From the NCBI RefSeq assembly GCF_964213995.1, contig NW_027590302.1, forward strand, positions 124,001 through 188,000: DNA of 64,000 nt, read 5' to 3'. The position numbers and the translations under genes were made by a program. Below, in pieces: positions 51,366-64,000 of the stretch. The notes below the pieces were generated by a model that had not been told where the DNA came from, did no database searches, and saw only the letters and a program-made list of their open reading frames with translations. The stretch's first letter is position 1. Each line of letters opens with the position of its first letter. The DNA comes from Mustelus asterias. Its lineage: Eukaryota.

Positions 51366-52044
51366 TTTGAAATACTTTCACATATCCATCGTTTAGACAT
51401 CGGGACAGATTAATCCATGCTCTCAAACATCACATGCTGGCTTAACTAAAAAGAATTAGACATTTCACCCATTTGAAATAGATTATAAATTATAAAAATG
51501 GCTACGCATCTGTCTTCTCTGCATACTCTTCAGAACTACTACTCATTTGTCATCATCTTCATTAGTTTTAAGGTTAATAACAACCTTACGACGTTATCCT
51601 TTGTTCCAAAAGTAAAATAGCTCGCTCCAATTAACAACATGGAGGAAAACAGCACACAGCAAATGCCTGTATAAAACAGTCAATAATAGGGGTATCATTT
51701 AATACGGATCAAGAAAAGTGAGATGAAGAGCTCAAGTAAATAATCATGAGGGCCTGAAAGTATATTTCCCCTAAGAAAAAGACATGGACAACGAATATAT
51801 TATAAAACATTATTTTATCGTCGAAAGAAAAAAGTAAAGTAATAGAAACAAGCGTTCTTGAGAAGGATAGCCATATGGTAATTGATGCTTTAGAAGAGGA
51901 GTCAGGGTTAAAGGGAACTAGCATCAGTAAATGAGCATTCGCCTGGAGAAATATATCACTGATTGATCACTCACACCCGAGGTCAACCAGGAATGAACCT
52001 CGCCTCATTAACTTCAAGGAGAAGGCAATAACATCATTGATTTA

Positions 52045-52542
52045 AGGATGTGGAAGCGCTGGAAAGAGTGCAGAGGAGATTAACCAGGATGCTGCCTGGT
52101 TTGGAGGGTAGCTCTTATGAGGAAAGGTTGAGGGAGCTAGGGCTGTTTTCTCTGGAGCGGAGGAGGCTGAGGGGAGACTTAATACAGGTTTATGAAATGA
52201 TGAAGGGGATAGATAGAGTGAACGTTCAAAGACTATTTCCTCAGGTGGATGGAGCTATTACAAGGGGGCATAACTATAGGGTTCATGGTGGGAGATATAG
52301 GAAGGATATCCGAGGTAGGTTCTTTACGCAGAGAGTGGTTGGGGTGTGGAATGGACTGCCTGCAGTAATAGTGGAGTTAGACACTTTAGGAACATTTAAG
52401 CGGTTATTGGATAGGCACATGGAGCACACCAGGATGATAGGGAGTGGGATAGCTTGATCTTGGTTTCAGATAAAGCTCGGCACAACATCGTGGGCCGAAG
52501 GGCCTGTTCTGTGCTGTACTGTTCTATGTTCTATGTTCTATG
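52045..52542 (+). mobile_element. Young 5'-truncated CR1 LINE
   Basis: Open 135-aa ORF end and (GTTCTAT)n tail. Confidence 0.93.
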
Positions 52543-54914
52543 ATTACTCTGTGGTTTGTGGCTGGGGGTAAAAAGCTGCAGCTTTTCGTGACCAGGGTTT
52601 GGAACAAGTTTGAAAATGTACTTTGCGAAGCCTCCTGACGACAGGGAAGCCGACGTAACGGGGAGTAAACAGAGACCGAGTGCTAAACTGCACCCAATGC
52701 TGAACCAGAAAGTTAAAATAACTGTACACTCCTAAAGGACTGCTTGGTTTTGATAAGTAGTAACTTATTCGTAATTAAAATTTCCCGGGTTACTTCACCA
52801 AGCTGTCTTCTGCTTTTTTTCTAATCGAAACGCCAATTCAAAATTAAATCCAATCATTGCCCCGCCACCACCCATGGCGGACAAGCAAGGTCCAAGCTCA
52901 CAAGACAAATCAGTGCATCCCATCTTGGGTTCAATCAATCAAAATCCATGCTGACACGATGCATCTGCCTCCCGGGCTTGAGCTATCGCTTCATCTGAGC
53001 CAAACGGCCGAAATGGCTTTTAAAAATTGCATCCGGTAAAGCATAGGATGAAACGTATTGGCTTCCCTGGTTCTTAATCCTTGCTTAGGCAAACCACGAT
53101 CGCAGACGTCAGCATACCTCAAGTGCTACGGGCTAGCCTCATCTACTGCCTGATTATGGTTTCACCCTTATGGTTCATTTCTCAAAAGAACACAATTAGA
53201 TTTTAAGTTCAAATGGTACCTAGGGTTTACAGTATTAGTCACCTTAATTAAGGGAAGGTGTCAATGCATTAATCACAGTTCAGAAAAAAATCTTTAGTCG
53301 ACAACTCCAAAGAATGTGCTGCATTTGAGGAAGGGCCGGATATGTTATCTTTGTATCCATTAGTGTTCAGGAGAAAGAGGCAACTTTATTGAAACCTCTG
53401 GCATCCTGAGATTCACTGACAACTTTAATGTGGAGAGGGTGTCTCCTCTTGTCAGAGAATCGAGAACTTGCGGTCACTGATTTAAATGAAGTGGCCACAA
53501 ATTTAAGGCAGATATGAAAAGATTTGTTGTTTCCTCTGAGAGGGTCGTGAGTTTCCGAATTATTTTCCTCAGGGGTGCAGATACTTTGTATATTTTCAAG
53601 GCAGAGCTAGGTAGGTTGGTGATTACCAAATTGTAGGTAGGTTACCGGGGTAGGCAAAAGTGTGTTGTTGATGTTACAATTTGATTCACCAGGCATTGAA
53701 TTGGGCAGCAGTCTCAAGGGGACGAGTGGCCTACTCCTGTTCCCAATTCGTATCTTTGCCTGTGTGTTCTATGTATGCATGATGAAATAGTTTGATTTGA
53801 TAGAAAGAGCGAAATTGGTTCATAGAGTTTGAGGAAAATATAACACTGACCTCAGAGCTGGGCCAAGCCAGTGTCATATTGCAAATGATTCTCCGGGCAA
53901 AATGTTGTCTAATGGCAACTATTTCACACGCAAAATGAGATCACTCAATTAACTAAACGTTTGAAATAATAGATTACCACATGCTCGCAAAGCAAGATTA
54001 AGAATGCATTTGGGAACGCTTGAGTTAAAATAGAGCTAAAACATAGTGCAGCTGAGTAACTGAAGGTTAGAAGTGGAGGGATTCGAGTAACATGGATGAC
54101 AAGGGAAATTGTAAGGTTTGTTAACAGGAAAAAAAAGAAGCATACGGTAGATCTCGGCATTTAAAAACTGATCTTGAGGAATGTAGTGAAAATAGAAAGG
54201 AACTTAAACGTGGAATCAGGAGGGCTAACAGGGGCCATGAAATGTATTTAGCAAATAGGAACAAGAGGAATCCCAAGGTTTTTATGCACGTAAGACGAGC
54301 AAAAGGGTAGCAAGAACAGAGTAGTTTCACGGGGAGGCAACAATAGCTGGTGGTATTATTGCTCGACTATCAATCCAGAAACTCAGCCAATGTACTGGGG
54401 ACACATAGCGGAATTTGAATTCATAAACAAAAAATATGGAATTAAGAAATTTACTGATGACCATGAAAACATTGTCGGGAAAATCCGACTTGACCACGAA
54501 TATCCTTTAGGGATGGAAGTCTGCCTTCTTTACCTGGTCTTGCCTGCATGCGACTCAGGAACCATGGCAATGTGATTGACACTCAATTGCCCTCTGTCAA
54601 GGGCCATTAGGGATAGGCAACAAATTCTGGACAGCCAGCGACGCCCATGTCCCATGAACTAAATGAAAAATATCATGAACAGTGATGGGAAGTAATGTGT
54701 GTAGCCACATGAATTCGGTGAGATCTTTCATAAGTACTTTGTGTCTGTATTCAACACTGAGAAGGCCATGATAGATGTTGAGGTCAGGGAGAGATATGTG
54801 AACACTCTCGAGAATGTCAATATATCGAAGGAGGAAATGTTGAGAATCCTAAACTGCATTATGTTAGACAAATCTGCTGGGCCGGATGGAATTTATCGCG
54901 GTTTAAAGTAAAGT

Positions 54915-55135
54915 TTGAAGTTCATTTATTATTCACAAGTCGGCTTGCATGAGCAATGGAGTTTCTCTGAAAATCCCTTAGTCACCACACTCAGGCGCCT
55001 GCTTGGGTACATTGATGAAGAATTTCGCATGACCAGTGCACCTAACCAGCACGTCGTTCGGACTATGAGAGGAAACCGGAGCACCCAGAGGAAACCCCCA
55101 CAGATGTGGGGAGAACGTGCAAACTCCACACATGG
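54915..55135 (-). mobile_element. Partial SINE nested in decayed CR1 sequence
   Basis: AACCGGAGCACCCAGAGGAAACC..GAACGTGCAAACTCCACAC core. Confidence 0.65.
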
Positions 55136-55505
55136 CATACAACTTTGCCATAACGTTGAGAAAACCATATTTTATTCATTCCATTGGACGGACAATAAAA
55201 CGAGAAAATAATGGCAATAATTATTGAAATTGATTATTTTATTGCCTTTGGATCGAGCTCAATGTCTTCATAAATGTAATTAATATTGATGATGATGTAA
55301 TCATATCAATTTGTTTAATGACTGTAACTATCAAAAGTGGTGATGTAACCGAATGAAATTGTTCAATTAGTGCAGTTAACATCAACGATGAGATAATCTA
55401 AGTGAGTCTCTGGGGGATTGGCAACACATATGAAAATGGGTGCTTTGAATTTTGCACAGAACGCTTTCAGAATTCTCAAACGGACGTCTCGACTGCTCAC
55501 ATAAA

Positions 55506-58372
55506 ATGCATACCCCACCAAGAGCTCCTGTATATGCTGTTTTCTACACTGCACTTGCAGTCATCGCTGTTCCAGGTAAAGTGTTGACAATGTTTTTTGT
55601 TATCTCACTGAAAACTAAGCAATATGCAGAGGAATCATTTATTGTAGAAGGATTGAACTTCTACTATCGTCTGAGAAACAGTGGTTGAAGCCGTCTGGGA
55701 AGCTATACTAAGATCTGAGCATTCATCCTCAGAAGCATATCTATTGCTGGAAGATGTGAATTGCATAGAAGCCAGTGGATACCAGAGCTTAAATGATGAA
55801 ATTCTGATGAATGCTTTCTTTAAACTGTTTTAAACTGTTGAAGATAACAACCTATATAGTCATCAAGTTCGCTGCTGCGAAATTATTCAAGGGATTAGTT
55901 CTGGTAGAGAGGGGCTGGCTATCAGAACACTGAGGATATAAGCAAGGTTAAAACAAAAACGCTCTGGAATTTTGACAGAATGAATAACTATTCCCAGGAA
56001 TTGTCATCGATTTATGTGAATTAAAAATATCAACTTGAATCCAGGTTGATTTTGCGAGATGACATTCAAATGTACATAGTAATGAGGTTTCGATTGACGC
56101 ACTGGGAATAATAGTTATCAGAGAAGCGAATAAACAGCTTTCATTGGTTCAAGGTAATCGGCAGACTTTAGCGTGCGTGTGGTGGAGAAACATTTTATTT
56201 CGATTCTGACTGCAGGATTTGATAACATCCGAGCTGATCGGCAGTGGATCCTGAAAAGTCGGTTGCATTTAAAATAAGATGCGTGTATGCCGTTGAATGG
56301 TTATAAAGTACAAAGCACTCAGACAATTACTCAGTTTGTCTTCTTCCCTCCTCACCTCAATTCATTTCGGGCTCTATACAATGCTCAAATTTTCTTCCGT
56401 TACCTCCCTTACCATTTTCAATTCCTTGGGCAGGAGTCTTTAGCCGGTTCGACTGATATTTTCACGTGCCGTCATTTTTTCACCCACAACTTGCGACCCA
56501 CATTCTGGCCTCCTACCTACTGTTCATCCTTTCATTGAAAACTGTCAGTACGGCACTGGCCGGCTCAATTTTTCTGTCCCCTTCACCCACACTAAAATGT
56601 CTCCTTCTGGACTTCCTGCACTCGTCCTCTTCGATTCAAATTTGGCCTTGGGTCACAACTGCTGACAAGGGTGGCGGCGTTGTCCTCTTGTCTTCTGGCC
56701 TTTAACTGTTTTCGGCTGAGCACCTACGATCCAGTGAAGCCCAGTGCAAACTGGAGGAACAGCACCTCATCTTCCCTTTCGGCCTGTCACAGATATTCCC
56801 TTTACCCCTCTCTGAATTCCAAAGGATGGCTACCTCCGTAACACCTTAATCCAGTTCTCCATGATGCCTAACTCCCGGAAGCTTTCCCACGCAACTTAAT
56901 TTGCAAGGCATTTTGTCTCACTAGCTTGTTCTCATGCTCACATGCCCTGCCTGGGCCTGCTGCCATGATCTAGTGAAGCCGAGTGCAAGCTGGAAGAACA
57001 GCACCGCATCATCCATTTACGCTTATTACATGCCTGAGGACTCGACATTGACTTTAACAAATTTAAACTGTCACTTTTCTCCTCCATCTTAAACCTCTCT
57101 TTTTGTTCAATGTCCCATTCTTTCATTGTCTCAGTACAAAAACCCTTAATTTCCCCATCCCTCTGCCACAGGCTATCTGTCTTTTGTTTTCAATGTTCCG
57201 AAAATGTGTTGCAATTTCTCCCATCTACAGTTTAATATCCAGCTCATTCGCCCTCTCTTTCATTCTGAGGAAAAGTCAAATGTACTGGAAATATTAAATC
57301 AATTTTCTAGTCCTTCAGAGGCTGTCGGACCTATTGAGCTTTTCCAGAATTCTCTGCACTGTTTCAGATTCCCGCATCCGCATTTTATGTTTATTTCATT
57401 TTAATCGTCGTTATCCAGTGACACCTTCGAATGTCTCTCCATAATATATGGTTACTAACTGTTTCTATGGAATGACGTTTTTCTCTCTTTCTTACAGTTA
57501 ATTTGGTGGCGATTGTGGTCATCTCACGAGGAGAGTGTGGTCTCTCCAGATGTATCTCACGATACCTAGTCTTCATGGCAGTGACAGATCTCCTGGTCAT
57601 CATCACTGCTGTGATAATGAACCGTATTCCTGCAATTTATTTCCCAGGCAGTTTATTGTCTATTACTCCTGTCTGCAGTCTCAGCATTGCTCTAATATAT
57701 TCAGCAAGGGACAGTTCTATATGGTTAACAGTCGCTTTCACTTTTGATCGATTTGTAGCAATATGTTGCCAGAAACTTAAAACGAGGTATTGCACCCAGA
57801 AAACAGCAGCGGTGGTTATTGGATCAGTTTGCGCGTTGGGTGTTTTAATCAACATCCCCTGGTACTTTATGCATGAACCTATTTACGTAATTGGCAATAT
57901 CCCCTGGTATTGCAAACAGAAGGGTATTCGTTATACTTCACAGTTATGGACAGCATTTGATTGGTTTGACCGCATTATAACTCCATGTCTCCCATTCTTT
58001 CTGATTCTTCTGTTCAATTTCCTCACTGTCAGACACATTCTAGCTGCAAGCAGATCACGGAAAAGACTCCATACCCAAGGCAGTGGAGAAAATAGGAATG
58101 ACAAGGAGATGGAGAGCAGGAGAAAATCCATCATTTTACTATTTGCTATCTCGGGTAGTTTCATCCTATTGTGGATGACGTATGTTGTGGAGTTCTTTTG
58201 TCACCGATTTATGAAGACTTATAAAATAAATGGATTTAGTGACCCTAAGTTTATTTTTAAAGAAAGTGGAAACATGCTTCAGATGTTGAGCTGCTGCACA
58301 AACACGTTTATTTATGCAATAACGCAGAGCAAATTTAGAGAGCAGTTGAAAAGTATGCTGACAATTCGCTGA
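55506..58372 (+). CDS. GPR139-like class A GPCR, two exons (55506-55575; 57498-58372), 314 aa
   Basis: Exon 1 MHTPPRAPVYAVFYTALAVIAVP with phase-1 donor CAG|GTAAAG splices in frame to CTTTCTTACAG|TT AAT TTG (VNLVAIVVISRGECGLSRC..FDRFVAICC..SCCTNTFIY). Confidence 0.9.
56300..57370 (+). mobile_element. Penelope-like relic in GPCR intron
   Basis: TADKGGGVVL and twice-repeated EA(Q/E)CKLEEQH peptides. Confidence 0.6.
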
Positions 58373-59294
58373 GTTATGATCGGGAATTTGTTTTAATAAT
58401 GAAAACAATATATACTAAATCATTTCTGCATTATATATACAACGCTGAGTTGCTTTATTATTGGGGAATAAAGATTGTTTGCACAATGTCTGGTTTTTTT
58501 AATGTGCTTTGTGGCAAGTTTATACCTTCCTGTACCAGAGACACAAATACACATTCTTAAACCAAAGTCACAAACATCCCAATTTATTGACAGATAATCC
58601 TACACTGGTAGAGAGAGACACATCACAATTTGTTGACACGTAATCCTATCGGTGTCAGGGATCCAAAAATCCCACCTTAATGACGAATGATATTCCTGCA
58701 CCAGAATGACTACTGGACCAATTTCATAGCGTTTGGAATTCCTACGTCACTGAGAAATATATCACAACCTACTGACAGTTGTTCATCCTGTACCTGAGGA
58801 AACAAGCGTTCTAATGTATTCCCAGTCGCCTTGCTGGACCAGAAAGAAAACCATTTAAATTTACTAACAGCTGAGCCTCTTGCCCAGGTGAACAGCCATT
58901 CCAATGTGCAGACAGGTAATCTCCTTGTGCCAGTCACCTAAATCTTCCAAGTTACTGTCAAACAAACTCACTGTGCCAATGAAGCAAACAAGTGACAGCT
59001 CCACTTGCTCTGCCAAGGACGACCACAACCATATTTTAATGGTAATCGCCTGTGGCAATCACAGAAACATGCAAATTTAATCAACAGATCAGCATCATAA
59101 TCTCTGCAGTCATGTCCCATTCAATTATAAATGGCCGTGGAAATTAAAGAAAGACTAATCGGCAGCATAGTCTCAAAAACAGTTCCCGCTTCTCAATGAT
59201 GGGTGAACCCAGCGCAACAGCGTAAATTTGTAGCTCTGAAGAATTTGACGCCATTTTAAGCCATTCGTGCTAAGATAATGGTCCAACTCTGCAT

Positions 59295-61320
59295 TAGAAC
59301 ATAGAACACAGAACAGTACAGCACAGAACACGCCTTTGGGCCCACTATGTTGTGCCGAGCTTTGTCTGAAACCCAGATCAAGCTATTTCCTCCCTATCAT
59401 CCCGAAGTACACCATGTGCCTATCCAATAGCTTGTTAAATGTTCCTAAAGTTTCTGACTCCACTATCCCTGCAGGCAGTCCATTCCACACCCCAACCACT
59501 CTCTGCGTAAAGAACCTATCTCGGACATCCTTCCTATATCTCCCACCATGAACCCTATAGTTATGCCCCCTAGTTACCGCTCCATTCACCCGAGGAAATA
59601 GTCTTTGAACGTTCACTCTATCTATCCCCCTCATCATCTTATAAAGTTCTATCAAGTCTCCTCTCAACTTCCTCCGCTCCAAAGAGAAAAGCCCAAGTTC
59701 CCTCAACCTTTCCTCATAAGACCTACCCTCCAAACCAGGCAGCATCCTGGTAAATCTCCCTTGCACTCTTTCCAGTGTCTCCACATCTTTCTTGTAGTGA
59801 GGTGAACAGAACTGCACACAATATTCCAAATGTGGTCTCACCAAGGTCCTGTACAGTTGCAGCATAAGCCTACGGCTCTTAAACTCAATCCCCCTGTTAA
59901 TGAACGCTAACACACTATAGGCCTTCTTCACGGCTCTATCCACTTGAGTGGCAACCTTCAGAGATCTATGGATATGAACCCCAAGATCTCTCTGTTCCTC
60001 CACATTCTACAGAACCCTACCTTTGACCCTGTAATCCACATTTAAATTTGTCCTACCAAAATGAATCACCTCGCATTTGTCAGGGTTAAACTCCACTTGC
60101 CATTTTTCACCCCAGCTCTGCATCCTATCAATATCTCTTTGCAGCCTACAACAGCCCTCCACCTCATCCACTACTCCACCAATCTGGGTGTTATCAGCAA
60201 ATTTACTGATCCACCCTTCAGCCCCCTCCTCCAAGTCATTTATAAAAAGTACAAATAGCAGAGGACCAAGCACTGATCCCTGTGGCACTCCACTGGTAAC
60301 TGGTTTCCAGTCCGAAAATTTTCCATCCACCACCACCCTCTGTCTTCTGTTAGATAGCCAGTTACCTATCCAATCGGCCAAACTTCCCTCTATCCCACAC
60401 ATCCTTACTTTCTTCATAAGCCGACCGTGGGGGACTTTATCAAACGCCTTACTAAAATCCATGTATATGACATCAACTGCACTACCTTCATCTACATACT
60501 TAGTTACCTCCTCAAAAAATTCTATCAAATTTGTGAGGCAAGACTTGCCCTTCACAAATCCGTGCTGACTATCCCGGATTAAGCTGCACCTTTCTAAATG
60601 GTCGTAAATCCTATCCCTATGGACCTTGTCCATCAACTTAACGACCACCGAAGTAAGACTAACTGGCCTATAATTACCAGGGTCATTTCTATTCCCTTTC
60701 TTAAACAGAGGAACCACATTCGCCACTCTCCAGTCCTCTGGCACCACCCCTGTGGACAGTGAGGACGCAAAGATCAATGCCAAACGCTCTGCTATCTCAT
60801 CCCTTGCCTCCCAAAGAATCCTAGGATATATTTCATCAGGCCCAGGGGACTTATCAACTTTCAGTTTATTCAAAATTGCTAGTACATCTTCCCTCCGAAC
60901 ATCTACTTCCTCCAGCCTATCAGCCTGTGACACCTTCTCTTCCTCAAAAACATGGTCCCTCTCCTTGGTGAACACCGAAGAAAAGTATTCATTCATCACC
61001 TCTCCTATCTCTTCTGACTCCATGCACAAATTCCCACTGCCGTCCCTGATCGGCCCCAGCCTCACCCTGGTCATTCTTTTATTCCTCACATAAGAGTAAA
61101 ATGCCTTGGGGTTTTCCTTGATCCGACCCGCCAAGGACTTCTCATGCCCCCTCCTAGCTCTCCTAAGCCCCTTTTTCAGCTCATTTCTTGCTAACTTGTC
61201 ACCCTCCATCGAGCCAACTGAACCTTATTTTCTCAACCTAACATACACTTCCTTCTTCCTCTTGACAAGACCTTCCACCTCTTTTGTGAACCATGGTTCC
61301 CTCACTCGGCCATTTCCTCC
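59295..61320 (-). mobile_element. Young 5'-truncated CR1 LINE, ~2 kb
   Basis: ORFs of 400 and 206 aa in one frame separated by a single TAG (60009-60007); full RT motif set with FADN in place of FADD; AGAACAT tail. Confidence 0.95.
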
Positions 61321-64000
61321 TATTATATTGAACATTGGCTGAAAGTCTTTGGCACAAATAATCAGCTCAATGCACAATGTCGTTCAAGTCTTTTGTATAT
61401 GGACAAGGATTGTTTCAGTATCTGAGTATACATTCCAAGCAAACTAGCTATATCTCTACCTTGAACGTTCTAAAACCAATTCACTATTTTGCACCCACCC
61501 AATTGCAGCCCTCTTTAAAGAGACAGTAATAGGATTTCCATTGTTATGAATGCACACACAACTTCTGAAGTATTGTATGATTTCAATGTAAGCGTTTATG
61601 ATATTTGCAAAATAAATCAATGAATGTTTGACAAGGTCCAGTTAATTGTGTAATTTCATGCATTATTGATTAACTTTATTTTCCTTAAAAGGTATTCATA
61701 CGGCCTTTATTTTTATATATTGACATGTGTTTTCCTCATTGCTGGAAATACGTGAACTTGAAGGCTTAGCCCCACGTTTTGCTGAATGAAATAATAGATG
61801 ATGCAGTGAGATAAGTCGTGAAATGTACTAAAATACGTGCCGAGATAACCAACCATGCTTATTGATAATAACGAATATAATCCAGTAAATTATGACAAGA
61901 GAAGGGAATGCCACTATACATATATGGTGGTTTCAACTAATAAATAAATTATTCGTCTAAGTATGAAAACCTGATCCAGTGAAGCCATGAGAATTGTTGC
62001 GAGACAAGGTGCAATTGCACATAATGCATATTTTCATTTCATATTCTGACAAAGTGGGAACAGTTATAAACTTAAGATCTGGAACTGAGATTCCAGCGAG
62101 TTTCAGTCGAAAGTTTTCATTGCGTTACCAACATCATGTTTGTGAAATGATTGTACAAATCCAATTGAATCAATCCTTGGGCCAGATATAATCCAAGGAT
62201 CTTCTTGGAAACACGCTGGGTCTCTTTCATAAATCTATGAGAAACAATATATTCTGCAGAGGCTCCAGACAGGTAGGAAAATTAAAATGTGTTTATTGAT
62301 TCTTTTTCTTGAAGTATCTTTCAAAAGTATGTCAGGAAACTACAGTCTGCGAGTCACTGTAGAGTTCAGGGTATCGTTGTGGAAAGACATCGTGGTGGAA
62401 AAATTATAGAGCATCTGGACAGAAAGAGATCTATAAATGTTAACCAAAATATGTCGGTGGAGCCAAGGTCTTTCTTACTTCATTCACTAATCACTTTTGA
62501 GCATGAGACAAAAGAAATCCATGGGAGCAAGACGTGATAGAGTTCGATTCAGAGAAGAGAATTTCCTTGGTAGGAGAATCAAGAACCAGGGGACAGGCTC
62601 AGAAAAGTGTCCACGTTATTTAGGATTGAAATAAGGAAACATTTCTTACTAAAGGTAGCTAACGTGTGGAAATTGCGGTCAAAGAGGCTGTGGAGGTCAA
62701 GTTGCTGAGTTAAGTCAAGAAATACGTAAACAATGCCTTAGATTTTAATGGCATCAATGGTATGGTGAGAAAGAAGGAACATGGCATTGAGATAGATAAT
62801 CATCTGCAATGATATTGAATGGCAGAATAGGATCAGTGTGACAAATGGCTTTCTGGTACTGCTAGTTTATTTGGTTCTATTAATGTGAATTCAATGGACT
62901 CACCCTCTCATCATAAGACAGCACCCTCATCCCATGGATCGAATGATCATTCACTCTGCTGCAAATATATTATTTCCTAAATCTGGAGATCCAAACTGCA
63001 CACTGTATACCAGCTGCAGTCTTACGGAAACCCAGCACAATCACAGAAAGACTTATTTATTCCTTTAATGAGTTCAATCCAATCATTTTGCTATAAGGAT
63101 AAACATGCTGTTTGCTTTCCTAATTGCTTGCTGTATCTGCGAACTTGTAGATTTCTTTGGAAAGGATAAAAATGCCTCTGGTTGTCATTTTCTTTTCCAA
63201 ACTTAACGCTATTTAAAATATTCTGTTTTTCATTTATTCTAACAAAATTTAGTTTTGTATTTTTTTCCATTTCGGAGACCATTCTTACAATGGAATTTAA
63301 AGAGATTTGTTGATGAAGAATACATAGTTGTTGCACTATTTGAGAATAATTCGAGATAATATGTGGTAAGTATACTATTGCTTGATAATTCCTATACCGC
63401 TGCACTGCTGGATGTTTCTAGTTTCTTGACTGGGTCTGCTGCAGACTGCTTTAAAGCGATTCATTTCTGCAATTAGTGAATAAAAGTAATTATTGTGTTA
63501 TTGTGTTATTGAACTGCAAGTGTGGTAGAAAGCGAACGAGATTCGAGTTAAGATTAAAGATTGAAGATTACTGCATTCAGTTGAAAATGTTTTTTCCCAG
63601 ATTTTGGATATTTGTGTGTAATGTCTACATCCATTTAAAAAGGATGGACATTTTTGCCATAATAACTTTCGTTTGGTAACCAAGGCGGTGCAATGCTACT
63701 TCGCAACATAAAACATTAGACGGTGAACTCCAAGCTATTTTGTGCTTTTAGTTACCTCCAGCAATTCTATTTCTCCAATATTCTTGACTCAGGCATAGGA
63801 CTGAGGGACGTTGTTTGTAGATTGCAGTTAGACAGATAGTTCTCAACATTGCAAGCAGAATACTGAATTCCATTGTTCAATGGTAAACATGTGACATCCA
63901 GTAACAGAACACCGTTCAGATGCTCCAACTCCTCCATTGATGTGGGCCCTTGGGGCTTACAGGAATACACCAGGATTGCGCTCGCGCAGGCAAAGCACTC

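Noticed and set aside
58948-58975. CACTGTG as an RSS
   Set aside because: No nonamer at 12 or 23 nt and no adjacent D/J-like sequence.
61320-64000. Short ORFs at the right end
   Set aside because: AT-rich sequence with decayed CR1 pieces; no recognisable domain.

Overview
Eukaryotic genomic DNA from a cartilaginous fish, most likely a shark (shark-type IgM VH, HE1/V-SINE-like tRNA SINEs, dense CR1 LINEs). The left end holds a minus-strand IgM-type heavy-chain cluster: leader, VH already fused in frame to D-like sequence with only a 12-RSS left, and an unrearranged JH with a 23-RSS. No constant exons are in the window. About 32 kb upstream on the same strand is a leaderless TCR-delta V resembling the NAR-TCR supporting V. 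It is split by a ~2 kb composite CR1 insertion, so the ORF track shows only its 5' half; it carries two tandem 23-type RSSs and is bracketed by an old inverted duplication. Three GPR139-like class A GPCR genes are interspersed, each with its own lesion, and one carries a full-length Buster-type hAT transposon (14-bp TIRs, 8-bp TSD) in its intron. The rest is LINE/SINE/Penelope/Harbinger relics and tandem repeats. Family assignments rest on motif recognition, not database searches, and repeat boundaries are approximate.
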